In this document: piece by piece, positions 39,941 to 47,985 of the stretch
Layout of the letters: the number at the start of each line of letters is the position of its first letter
How positions within the stretch are numbered: position 1 is the first letter of the stretch
Assembly: GCA_900552845.1 (NCBI GenBank)
Contig: USBC01000001.1
Coordinates: 1-47,985 of the forward strand
From: an uncultured Oscillospiraceae bacterium
GTDB lineage: Bacteria > Bacillota > Clostridia > Oscillospirales > Ruminococcaceae
Reading direction: 5' to 3'
DNA length: 47,985 nucleotides
Program-made: the position numbers and the translations under genes
Notes under the pieces: generated by a model
The model's input: only the letters and a program-made list of their open reading frames with translations
Databases searched by the model: none
What the model was told of the DNA's origin: nothing

Positions 39941-40723
39941 TTATGCAAGAGAGAAATTGACGCCCTTGTAGCGCAGGCGGATCTTATCTGCAATCATGGC
40001 AATGAACTCCGAATTGGTCGGTTTTCCGCGAAGATTGTGAATGGTGTATCCGAAGTAGGAATTCAGAATATCCACATCACCGCGGTCCCATGCGACCTCG
40101 ATTGCATGGCGAATGGCTCGTTCCACACGGGAGGCGGTCGTTTCATTCTTTTTGGCGATCGCCGGATACAGCTCCTTCGTCACTCCGTTAATGATCTCCG
40201 GCTGGCGTACCGTCATAATGATTCCGTCGCGGATATACTGATAGCCCTTGATATGTGCCGGTATTCCGATTTGAAGGATCATCTCGGTGACCACCGTTTC
40301 AAGATCCACCGGCTGATCAGCCGGACGGGATACCACTCCGGTCCGACTTTGACCGTACATCATTTCTACACGGTCGGCAAGGACGTCGGGATCAAAGGGC
40401 TTGACAAAGTGATAAACGGCACCGGCACGGATCAGCTGCCCCGAAAGTCCGGTGCTGTCCACGCTGCTCATGGTGAAGATCGCCGGTCGGAGCCCGCACT
40501 CCCCGCGGGCTACTGCCGTCAGCACGCCAAGGGCGTCCAGACTGCTTAAAAAGGCTTCCATCAGCACCACGCGGGGCTTATATTCCCGAATCAGCTCCAA
40601 CAGCTGTCTGCCGTCCTTGCGGCATGCCAGCACCTCAAAACCCTTTTCCTCCAACGCTTTCTTGCAGCTATTGCAGAATTCGCCGGCATCATCGGCAATC
40701 AACAAATAATTTCGGTTATTCAT
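39941..40723 (-). CDS. spo0A: Sporulation master regulator Spo0A, with Glu at the phosphoacceptor position
   Basis: C-terminal GIPAHIKGYQY, TKELYPAIAK, TTASRVERAIRHAIEVAW, KPTNSEFIAMIADKIRL; N-terminal receiver domain. Confidence 0.96.
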   Translation of the reverse strand: MNNRNYLLIADDAGEFCNSCKKALEEKGFEVLACRKDGRQLLELIREYKPRVVLMEAFLSSLDALGVLTAVARGECGLRPAIFTMSSVDSTGLSGQLIRAGAVYHFVKPFDPDVLADRVEMMYGQSRTGVVSRPADQPVDLETVVTEMILQIGIPAHIKGYQYIRDGIIMTVRQPEIINGVTKELYPAIAKKNETTASRVERAIRHAIEVAWDRGDVDILNSYFGYTIHNLRGKPTNSEFIAMIADKIRLRYKGVNFSLA

Positions 40724-40759
40724 CTTACTCCTCCTCTTTTCTTGTTCTTCGTTGTTTTG

Positions 40760-40788
40760 ATATTACCATATATTGTAAAAGAATTCAA
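40760..40788 (-). promoter_or_regulatory. Putative sigma-A-type promoter of spo0A
   Basis: TTGAAT-17 bp-TAATAT with extended TG. Confidence 0.45.
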
Positions 40789-40959
40789 CACATATTTCTC
40801 ATTTTTTTGAAAATTTTATCGCCATGTTTTACCAATTTTAGATGTGTTGCGCCAATTACTGCACCGTTTTTGCATCATTTCAGGGAGGTTTGTGATGAAT
40901 TATTATAAAAACGGGATATTATTCCATTTTCGGCCGAATCAATGCCTGCTCCTCGGGAA

Positions 40960-41271
40960 TCAAGTGTATCTTGCCACATATTCCGCCGGTGGCGGGATCG
41001 TTTCCGCACGGCGGTAGACCGATCCGTCGCGGGTGCGCTCCAGCAGGCAGGTATCATACAGCGCCCGCCGCAGTGTAGCCGGGTCACGAAAGGTCGTCCA
41101 GTTATTCAGCAGGTCATTGATCTCACCTTCGGTATATTGTCTGCCCGTTTCCATCTTTTGGGACAGATAGTAGAGGGCAAGCAGCTTCTTTTTTCGTTTG
41201 ACGGGCAGCGCTGTCAATTGCCCCTTTTCGTTCAAAAAGGGCTTCAGCTCCGGAATATCACAATTTGGCAC
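40960..41271 (-). CDS. DUF2087 family small protein (winged-helix-like)
   Basis: GQLTALPVKRKKK...YTEGEINDLL...DPATLRRAL...LLERTRDGSVY; RBS GGAGG before GTG. Confidence 0.8.
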   Translation of the reverse strand: MPNCDIPELKPFLNEKGQLTALPVKRKKKLLALYYLSQKMETGRQYTEGEINDLLNNWTTFRDPATLRRALYDTCLLERTRDGSVYRRAETIPPPAEYVARYT

Positions 41272-41408
41272 GGGATATCGCCTCCTTTTGATAAATTATA
41301 GCACGGTTCGATGGATATTCCAACATGAAGACATAGGCTTTTCGTAGACAATCCCCTGCTTTTTGCGTATAATAGGAGACAGTTATGCTAAGGAAATGAG
41401 GTCTTGCC

Positions 41409-42416
41409 ATGAAAAAAATACTGATGCTGGGTACCGGCGGCACCATTGCCTCTGAGATCACCGAAAACGGACTTTCCCCACAGCTGACCACCGAACAGAT
41501 CCTGCACTACTGCCCCGATATTTCCGGCTTTTGCCGAGTGGACTGCCGGCAGCTTTGCAATTTGGACAGCACCAACATTGCACCGGAGCACTGGCAGCAG
41601 ATGGCAAACGCCATACGGGAGAACTACGACCGCTATGACGGCTTTGTGCTGACCCACGGCACCGATACCATGGCATATACTGCCGCTGCGCTCAGCTATC
41701 TGATCCAATACAGCAAAAAGCCCATTGTGCTGACCGGCAGCCAAAAGCCCATCAATCTGGAGATCACCGACAGCAAGACCAATCTGGTAGACGCCTTCCA
41801 CTATGCCGCCAGCGAGGACGCCCATGGCGTCTCCATTGTCTTTAACGGGCGGGTCATTCTGGGAACCCGTGCCCGCAAAACCCATTCCAAAAGCTTTCAG
41901 GCTTTTTCCAGCATCAATTATCCGGAGCTGGCAGTCATTCAGGACGGGCGGCTGCTCTCCTATATCACACAGGAATACCGCAAGCAGCCGGTTTTCGGTT
42001 CACGGCTGGATCCTGCCGTTGGGCTGATCAAACTGGTCCCCGGTTTGGAGGCGGACTTTCTTGCTTTTATGCTGGAGCGGAAGGACGGCGTAGTGATTGA
42101 GAGCTTCGGCGTAGGCGGGATTCCCTCCGCCGGCAGGCACAGCTATTATGAGGTCATCGGTGATGCGATGGCAAAGGGCAAAACGGTGGTGATGACCACA
42201 CAGGTGCCCAATGAGGGAAGCGACCTGCTGCTGTACCATGTGGGCAACCGGCTGAAAACCAATGTTGATGTGCTGGAGGCCTATGACATGACGACCGAAG
42301 CCGCTGTGACCAAGCTGATGTGGATATTGGGGCAGACCCGCGAACGGCGGGAGATTGAGCGGCTGTTCTACCGTCCGGTAAGCCATGATATTCTGATGAC
42401 AGCGGGAGAAAAATAA
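41409..42416 (+). CDS. ansA: L-asparaginase type I (cytoplasmic)
   Basis: TGGTIAS, DSTN, HGTDTMAY, LTGSQ; no signal peptide. Confidence 0.92.
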   Translation: MKKILMLGTGGTIASEITENGLSPQLTTEQILHYCPDISGFCRVDCRQLCNLDSTNIAPEHWQQMANAIRENYDRYDGFVLTHGTDTMAYTAAALSYLIQYSKKPIVLTGSQKPINLEITDSKTNLVDAFHYAASEDAHGVSIVFNGRVILGTRARKTHSKSFQAFSSINYPELAVIQDGRLLSYITQEYRKQPVFGSRLDPAVGLIKLVPGLEADFLAFMLERKDGVVIESFGVGGIPSAGRHSYYEVIGDAMAKGKTVVMTTQVPNEGSDLLLYHVGNRLKTNVDVLEAYDMTTEAAVTKLMWILGQTRERREIERLFYRPVSHDILMTAGEK

Positions 42417-42440
42417 TACTCTCCCCCCTATAAGCAATGC

Positions 42441-42479
42441 TCCCCCGCCGTTTTGCAGCAAACGGACGGGGGAAAAAAT
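42441..42479. terminator. Terminator between the convergent asparaginase and mgtE genes
   Basis: TCCCCCG-CCGTTT...AAACGG-A-CGGGGGA stem. Confidence 0.65.
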
Positions 42480-42502
42480 ATTTTGCACGAAAGTCGGTGC
42501 TT

Positions 42503-43855
42503 TTACACCAGACGGTCGGAGAGATACCACAAAGCAAAGTTGAAGTAGACCAGAATGGAGAAGGCATCGGTGATGGTGGTGATGAGCGGCGACGCCATGA
42601 TGGCAGGGTCGAGCTTCAAAATCTTTGCCAGAATGGGAAGAATGCAGCCCAGTGACTTTGCCATACAGATGGTGAGCAGCAGTGTGCCGGAAACCACCAG
42701 CGCCACCTGCGGATCGCGATACTGAATGATGATGCGGATAAAATTGACGGTGCACAGCGCCACGCTGCACAGCAGTGCAACTCTTATTTCCTTCCACCAT
42801 GCTTTGGTGAAGTCCTTGGGAGAAATCTCGTCCAGCGCAAGGCCACGAATGATCATGGTAGACGCCTGACTGCCGCAGTTACCGCCGGTATCCATGATCT
42901 GCGGGATAAAGGTAACCAAAAGCGGAATGCTGACAAACGCCGCCTCGTAGTATTCCAGCATGGCACCGGTGACCATTGCGGAGATCATCAGCACCATCAG
43001 CCAAATAATTCGGTGCTTTGCCAGTGTGATGACCGGTGTGCGAAGGTAGGTATCATCACTGGGGGTCATACCTGCCATCTTTTCAAAGTCTTCGGTGTTC
43101 TCGTCTTGAATGACATCGACGGCGTCATCGATGGTGATGATACCGACGATACGGTTTTCGCTATCCACGACCGGCATGGCAAGCATATCATACCGGCTGA
43201 ACATCTTGGCGATCTCCTCCTGATCGTCGTGGGTATGCACATGAATGGGGTTGGTGTCCATCAGGGTATCAATGATGGTCTCCGGTGCGGTGAGCAGCAT
43301 TTCCCGCACTGTAACAACGCCCAGAAGCTCCTTACGGGCAGAGGTGACATAGCAGGTATAGATCGTCTCTTTATCCACGCCGTGCTCTCTGATGATCTCG
43401 AATGCCTTGGCAACGGTGATGCCGCTGCGGAAATAGACATACTCATTGGTCATCAAGCTTCCGGCGGAATCCTCGGGGTACTTGAGATACTGATTGATCA
43501 GCTTACGGTTGGCGGGCGTTGTGTTCTGCATGACGCGCTTGACGACATTAGCGGGCATTTCCTCCACCAGATCCACATAGTCGTCCATAAACAGATCGTC
43601 CAGAATATGCTGAAGCTCGGTATCGGTAAGCGTGCGGACAATCTTTTCCTGAATTTCCGGCTCCATGTAGGAGAATACCTCTGCGGCAGTCTCCTTGGGC
43701 AGCAGACGGAACAGACGGTTGAACTGGTCGGCGTCCTCCTCATTTTCCAGCTCCTCAAAGAGCTTGGCGAGGTCGGCTTCCTCCATCTGACCGATAAGCT
43801 GCTTGACGGCGGAGTACTTTTTCTCCTCCAGCAGTTCCAAAATTTCTTCGTTCAT
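42503..43855 (-). CDS. mgtE: Magnesium transporter MgtE
   Basis: N domain, CBS pair (YPEDSAGSLMT, GIITIDD), TM motifs GGNCGSQ and DPAIMASPLITTITD. Confidence 0.97.
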   Translation of the reverse strand: MNEEILELLEEKKYSAVKQLIGQMEEADLAKLFEELENEEDADQFNRLFRLLPKETAAEVFSYMEPEIQEKIVRTLTDTELQHILDDLFMDDYVDLVEEMPANVVKRVMQNTTPANRKLINQYLKYPEDSAGSLMTNEYVYFRSGITVAKAFEIIREHGVDKETIYTCYVTSARKELLGVVTVREMLLTAPETIIDTLMDTNPIHVHTHDDQEEIAKMFSRYDMLAMPVVDSENRIVGIITIDDAVDVIQDENTEDFEKMAGMTPSDDTYLRTPVITLAKHRIIWLMVLMISAMVTGAMLEYYEAAFVSIPLLVTFIPQIMDTGGNCGSQASTMIIRGLALDEISPKDFTKAWWKEIRVALLCSVALCTVNFIRIIIQYRDPQVALVVSGTLLLTICMAKSLGCILPILAKILKLDPAIMASPLITTITDAFSILVYFNFALWYLSDRLV

Positions 43856-43867
43856 CGGCGAACCTCC

Positions 43868-43948
43868 TTATGCAGGCAGGGCGCCAAAAAACAACGCCGT
43901 GCCCGTTACTATGAATATGTTGCAACTGGGATACGGACCAGCGTCCAT
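43868..43948 (-). CDS. Putative 26-aa leader peptide upstream of mgtE (MDAGPYPSCNIFIVTGTALFFGALPA)
   Basis: AGGAGG 7 nt before ATG 43948; its TAA stop overlaps the mgtE RBS (TAAGGAGG). Confidence 0.6.
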   Translation of the reverse strand: MDAGPYPSCNIFIVTGTALFFGALPA

Positions 43949-44011
43949 TTCGGAACCTCCTTTTTGAACCAATTTGGGGGAGAACGGCATCTGCCTTATC
44001 CCTTAACAAAT

Positions 44012-44040
44012 ATTGTACTCGTTTTTGGTCTAAACCGCAA
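44012..44040 (-). promoter_or_regulatory. Putative sigma-A promoter of the mgtE leader
   Basis: TTGCGG-17 bp-TACAAT. Confidence 0.55.
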
Positions 44041-44100
44041 CCGCAAAAAAGAAATTTTCCCTGCAAAATTTGCAGGAGCCCAATTCTTATCGAGCGACCG

Positions 44101-44157
44101 CTTAAACAAATCTTAAGACGACGGCTGATTGTTTCTTAATGGGCAAAACGGTAGACT
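44101..44157 (+). promoter_or_regulatory. CTTAA direct repeats (OmpR-type boxes) and -10 element upstream of the GT2-TCS unit
   Basis: CTTAAA 44101, CTTAAG 44112, CTTAAT 44135, then TAGACT 44152-44157; no clear -35. Confidence 0.5.
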
Positions 44158-44199
44158 GATGATGTACCATGAAACCCCGAGCCTATGGAGGGAAAGACG

Positions 44200-45441
44200 A
44201 TGAAAGTTACCTTGGAAGCGATCAATCAGGCGATCGCAGCGCTGTTCTTTATCTGCTACGCCTATCAGTTTGTGTATATCCCCATCGCACTATTCAAGAA
44301 GAAAAAGCGGCTGCCTGCCGCGGCACCCCACCGTTATGCGGTGCTGATTGCCGCCCGCAACGAGGAAGCGGTCATCGGCGACCTATTGGACAGCCTGCAC
44401 CGGCAGGACTATGATATGTCGCTGGTGACGGTCTTTGTCATCGCCGATAACTGCACCGACCGCACCGCCGCCATTGCCGCCGAAAAGGGCGCCGTGGTTT
44501 ATACCCGGGAAAACCGCCGGCAGGTAGGCAAGGGCTATGCCTTGGAGGCACTGCTGGCGCATATCCGCTCTGACTACCCCGACGGCTATGACGCCTACCT
44601 TGTTTTTGACGCCGACAACCTGCTGGCGCCGGATTTCATTACCCGTATGAACGAAAGCTATGCCGCAGGCAATGAGATCATCACCTGCTACCGCAACAGC
44701 AAAAACTACGGCAGCAACTGGATCAGCGCCGGCTATGCCCTGTGGTTCCTGCGGGAAAGCCGCTACCTGAATGGGGCGCGGGAGGCGATCGGCAGCAGCT
44801 GTGCCGTTTCCGGCACCGGCTTTCTGTTCTCGCAGAAGATCTTAAATGAGTGCGGGGGGTGGAGCTTCCATCTGCTGGTGGAGGACATTGAATTTTCCAT
44901 TCACAATATCTTAAAGGGACACCGCATTGCCATCTGTGAGGACGCCGTTGTTTACGATGAGCAGCCCACCGATTTTGCACAGTCCTGCCGCCAGCGGCTG
45001 CGCTGGTCGCGCGGGTATTTGCAGGTCTTCGGCAAATATGGCACAGGGCTGCTTACCGGTGCTGCACGCGGGAAGTGGAGCTGCGTCGATATGGCTATGG
45101 CAATCATGCCCGCCATCATACTGACCTCCATCAGCATTCTGGTCAGTGTGGCGCTGTCGGTGCTGGGAATTTTGAGCGGCATGGGGCTGCTGCCCGCACT
45201 GGTTTCCTTGGGCAAGGCGCTGCTGAGCATGTACCTGATGCTGTTTGTCATCGGTGCAATCACCACCATCACCGAATGGAAAAAGATAGACGCCTCGGCG
45301 CTGCGCAAGGTGCTTTCGGTATTCACCTTTCCCCTGTTTATGTTTACCTATATTCCTATCAGCTTTGCGGCACTGTTTATTAAGGTGGAATGGAAGCCTA
45401 TCCGTCACAGCATTACCGTAAAGGAGCTGAGCAAGGGCTGA
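44200..45441 (+). CDS. Family 2 glycosyltransferase, membrane-bound, with D,D,D,QxxRW motif
   Basis: IAARNEE, ADNCTD, FDADN, VED, QRLRWSRG; N- and C-terminal TM helices. Confidence 0.9.
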   Translation: MKVTLEAINQAIAALFFICYAYQFVYIPIALFKKKKRLPAAAPHRYAVLIAARNEEAVIGDLLDSLHRQDYDMSLVTVFVIADNCTDRTAAIAAEKGAVVYTRENRRQVGKGYALEALLAHIRSDYPDGYDAYLVFDADNLLAPDFITRMNESYAAGNEIITCYRNSKNYGSNWISAGYALWFLRESRYLNGAREAIGSSCAVSGTGFLFSQKILNECGGWSFHLLVEDIEFSIHNILKGHRIAICEDAVVYDEQPTDFAQSCRQRLRWSRGYLQVFGKYGTGLLTGAARGKWSCVDMAMAIMPAIILTSISILVSVALSVLGILSGMGLLPALVSLGKALLSMYLMLFVIGAITTITEWKKIDASALRKVLSVFTFPLFMFTYIPISFAALFIKVEWKPIRHSITVKELSKG

Positions 45442-45520
45442 AATTCCGAGCATTTGCCCTTGTACCGAGAGGAGAAAATGCGTATGATAGAGGCAGAACA
45501 AAAACGAGAGGACGAGGAAG

Positions 45521-46216
45521 ATGTATAACATTATCGTGTGCGATGATGAACAGGATATCGTTTCAGCGCTGGAAATTTACCTGACGGCAGAGGGCTACCA
45601 TGTGCTGCGGGCGGAAAACGGCAGGGAGGCGCTGGCGCTTGTCCAAAGGGAGGACGCCCACCTGATGCTGCTGGACGTGATGATGCCGCAGATGGACGGA
45701 CTGGAGACGCTTTCCAAGCTGCGGGAGTTTTCCAATATTCCCGTGATACTGCTGACCGCCAAAAGCGAGGATACCGATAAAATTCTGGGGCTGAACATTG
45801 GCGCAGACGACTATATCACCAAGCCCTTTAACCCCGTGGAGGTGCTGGCGCGGGTGCGCAGCCAACTGCGGCGGTACCTGCAGCTGGGCGGCGGTGCGGT
45901 GCGTCCGGCAAGCGTTGTCATCGGCGGGATAGAGCTGGACGATAACGCCAAAACCGTAACGGTGGACGGCGATCCGGTGACGCTGACCCCCAAGGAATAT
46001 GATATCCTGCGCTTTTTGATGCAGAATGCCGGAACGGTATTCACGCCGGCGGAAATTTACCGGCGGGTGTGGGACGACATTCCCTTAAACGCCGCCGGAA
46101 GCATTGCGGTGCATATCCGGCATTTAAGAGAGAAAATCGAGATCAATCCCGCCGAGCCTCGGTACATCAAGGTGGTGTGGGGCAAGGGCTACAAAATGGA
46201 GGTGAACCCTGCATGA
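45521..46216 (+). CDS. OmpR/PhoB family response regulator
   Basis: CDDE, LLDVMMPQMDG, LTAK, DDYITKPF, VHIRHLREKIE...VWGKGYK. Confidence 0.95.
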   Translation: MYNIIVCDDEQDIVSALEIYLTAEGYHVLRAENGREALALVQREDAHLMLLDVMMPQMDGLETLSKLREFSNIPVILLTAKSEDTDKILGLNIGADDYITKPFNPVEVLARVRSQLRRYLQLGGGAVRPASVVIGGIELDDNAKTVTVDGDPVTLTPKEYDILRFLMQNAGTVFTPAEIYRRVWDDIPLNAAGSIAVHIRHLREKIEINPAEPRYIKVVWGKGYKMEVNPA

Positions 46217-47985
46217 AGCGCTTTTTGGATAAGACATGGGCAAAGGTTGCTGCCTTTATTCTGTTCTTTGTTTTTCTGGGGCTTTCGATTGCCGGCGGTG
46301 TGGGAATCTACTTTCTTGCCGCAAATGATGTCTACCTTGCCGGCAGCGAGGCAAGCCGGCAGATCCTGTATGATGGTCAGGCAAGCGATGTGATGACCAC
46401 GGTGATTGACGGACTGTATAACTGCAGTGATAAGGAAGCGCTGCGGGACTGGCTGCTGGAACGGTGCCCGCCGGAGAACGGCTACGGCATTACCGTGACC
46501 AATACCGCCACCGGCGAGGAGTTCTCGACTGCCCTGCCAAAGGACGCCAAGATCATTTATACTGCCCACCGAAGAACCGTTTTTTCCGGAACGGAGCTGA
46601 ACGTGACCATAGAGCTGCAGGAGGGCTTTATCCCCCGCACCTATGAATATCGGCTGTCGTTGTGGCTGATGGATATAAAGGACATTATTATCCCGCTGAC
46701 GGTGCTGTTTGTGGTGCTGGCGCTGTTCTGCTTCTTCTGGCAGATGGCTGCCGCCGGTCACTGGCAGGGATTTGAGGGCATTCACCTGACATGGTTCGAT
46801 AAGATCCCGCTGGATCTGATGGCGGTCGGTATTCTCATTCCCGCCCTCGCTATTTTCGGGGAATACTATTTATACAGTTCCGGCTTGTTGACGGCGCTGT
46901 GGGGAACAGCTATTCTCTGTTTTGTTTATCTGTTTATCATCTCCTTTGTCACCCGCTGCAAGGCAGGAACGGTGCTGAAGAACAATGTCGTCTGGTATGC
47001 CATTAGGCTGCTGTGGCGGATCGTCAAAAGCATATGGGGCTGGCTCCTTCATCTGGTACGCTCCATTCCGCTGATCTGGCGGACGGCACTGGTGATTGCT
47101 GCCATATGCCTGTTTATCCTTATCACCGGCAGTTACAATTCGATGTTGTCGCTGCCCATGGTTCTGCTGTATCTGCTGCTGATGATGTTCGCGCTTTATG
47201 TTGCCATTGGATTTGCTACCCTGCAGCGCGGCTCCAAGGCATTGGCGGAGGGTGATTACAGCAAGCCGGTGGATACGCGCTTTTTGCGGGGTGATCTGAA
47301 GCGGTGCGGCGAGAACCTAAATAAAGTGCAGCAGGGCGTGCAGCGTGCCGTAGATGAGCGGCTGCGCAGCGAACGCATGAAAACCGAGCTGATCACCAAT
47401 GTATCGCATGATATCAAAACGCCGCTGACCAGCATTGTGAACTATGTGGATCTGCTGAAAAAGGAGCCGATCGAAAACCCCAAGGCGCAGGAATACCTGG
47501 AGGTGCTGGACCGGCAGAGCAAGCGGCTGAAAAAGCTGACAGAGGATCTGGTGGAGGCAAGCAAGGCTTCCAGCGGGGTGATCCCGGTGGACTGCCAGCC
47601 CACCAATGTGAATGTGCTGCTTTCCCAACTGGAAGGCGAATATGAGGAGCGGCTGCAAAAGGCGGAGCTGACGATGATCGTCCACCCTGCCGCAGGCGAC
47701 CCTGTGGTGCTGGCAGACGGCAAGCTGCTGAGCCGTGTAATGGATAACCTGATGAACAACATCGTGAAATATGCCATGCCCGGCACCCGCGTTTACGCCG
47801 CTGCCGCCGCCGACGAGCAGGAAACGACCATCAGCATTAAAAATGTTTCCCGCAACGAGCTGAATGTTTCCGCCGACGAGCTGATGGAGCGCTTTGTGCG
47901 CGGGGACAGCAGCCGCCACACCGAGGGCAGCGGACTGGGGCTTTCCATTGCCCGCAGTCTGGTGGAGCTACAGGGCGGTCGGTTT
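46213..47985 (+). CDS. Membrane sensor histidine kinase, truncated by the window edge
   Basis: ATG overlaps the regulator stop; multiple TM segments; in-frame TELITNVSHDIKTPLT (H box), NLMNNIVKY (N box), GSGLGLSIA (G box). No stop inside the window, so absent from the ORF track. Confidence 0.93.
   Translation, partial: MKRFLDKTWAKVAAFILFFVFLGLSIAGGVGIYFLAANDVYLAGSEASRQILYDGQASDVMTTVIDGLYNCSDKEALRDWLLERCPPENGYGITVTNTATGEEFSTALPKDAKIIYTAHRRTVFSGTELNVTIELQEGFIPRTYEYRLSLWLMDIKDIIIPLTVLFVVLALFCFFWQMAAAGHWQGFEGIHLTWFDKIPLDLMAVGILIPALAIFGEYYLYSSGLLTALWGTAILCFVYLFIISFVTRCKAGTVLKNNVVWYAIRLLWRIVKSIWGWLLHLVRSIPLIWRTALVIAAICLFILITGSYNSMLSLPMVLLYLLLMMFALYVAIGFATLQRGSKALAEGDYSKPVDTRFLRGDLKRCGENLNKVQQGVQRAVDERLRSERMKTELITNVSHDIKTPLTSIVNYVDLLKKEPIENPKAQEYLEVLDRQSKRLKKLTEDLVEASKASSGVIPVDCQPTNVNVLLSQLEGEYEERLQKAELTMIVHPAAGDPVVLADGKLLSRVMDNLMNNIVKYAMPGTRVYAAAAADEQETTISIKNVSRNELNVSADELMERFVRGDSSRHTEGSGLGLSIARSLVELQGGRF

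Noticed and set aside
43960..44005. Fluoride riboswitch-like GATG..GTTCTCC in the mgtE leader
   Set aside because: Lacks the downstream CUGAUGAC/UAAUGAC-type pseudoknot segment. An M-box consensus was not recognised either.

Overview
Mostly core-genome DNA from a Clostridia-type Firmicute; gene content and order suggest Oscillospiraceae/Ruminococcaceae (inference). From left to right: a small AT-rich, remnant-like zone (lipoprotein signal ORF cut at a 13-nt poly-C tract, SDR epimerase), tRNA-Asp/Gly/Cys, a methyltransferase, YerC, a PaaI thioesterase, and a Gx-transporter-rnfCDGEAB operon. Next come CD1247-like, efp, a Xaa-Pro peptidase, an endonuclease IV-like gene, yqeG and rpsU, then a long minus-strand housekeeping run (infC-rpmI-rplT, TrmH, dprA-topA-trmFO-plsX-rnc-smc-ftsY-rdgB-yhbY-nadD-yqeK-rsfS-leuS). 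The right end has addAB, spo0A, DUF2087, asparaginase, mgtE, and a GT2 / OmpR regulator / histidine kinase unit that runs off the edge. No intact mobile element or CRISPR array was seen. Best leads: (1) an unannotated 26-codon leader ORF upstream of mgtE that contains a terminator-like hairpin and mutually exclusive helices, a candidate translation-coupled Mg2+ attenuator where I do not recognise an M-box; (2) Spo0A with Glu at the phosphoacceptor Asp position (E56); (3) a perfect GC-rich four-way-junction element with GCA triloops in the addB leader; (4) an Rnf complex with a two-FMN-domain RnfG and a ferredoxin-like Cys tail on RnfE. All calls are by eye; no database searches were run.
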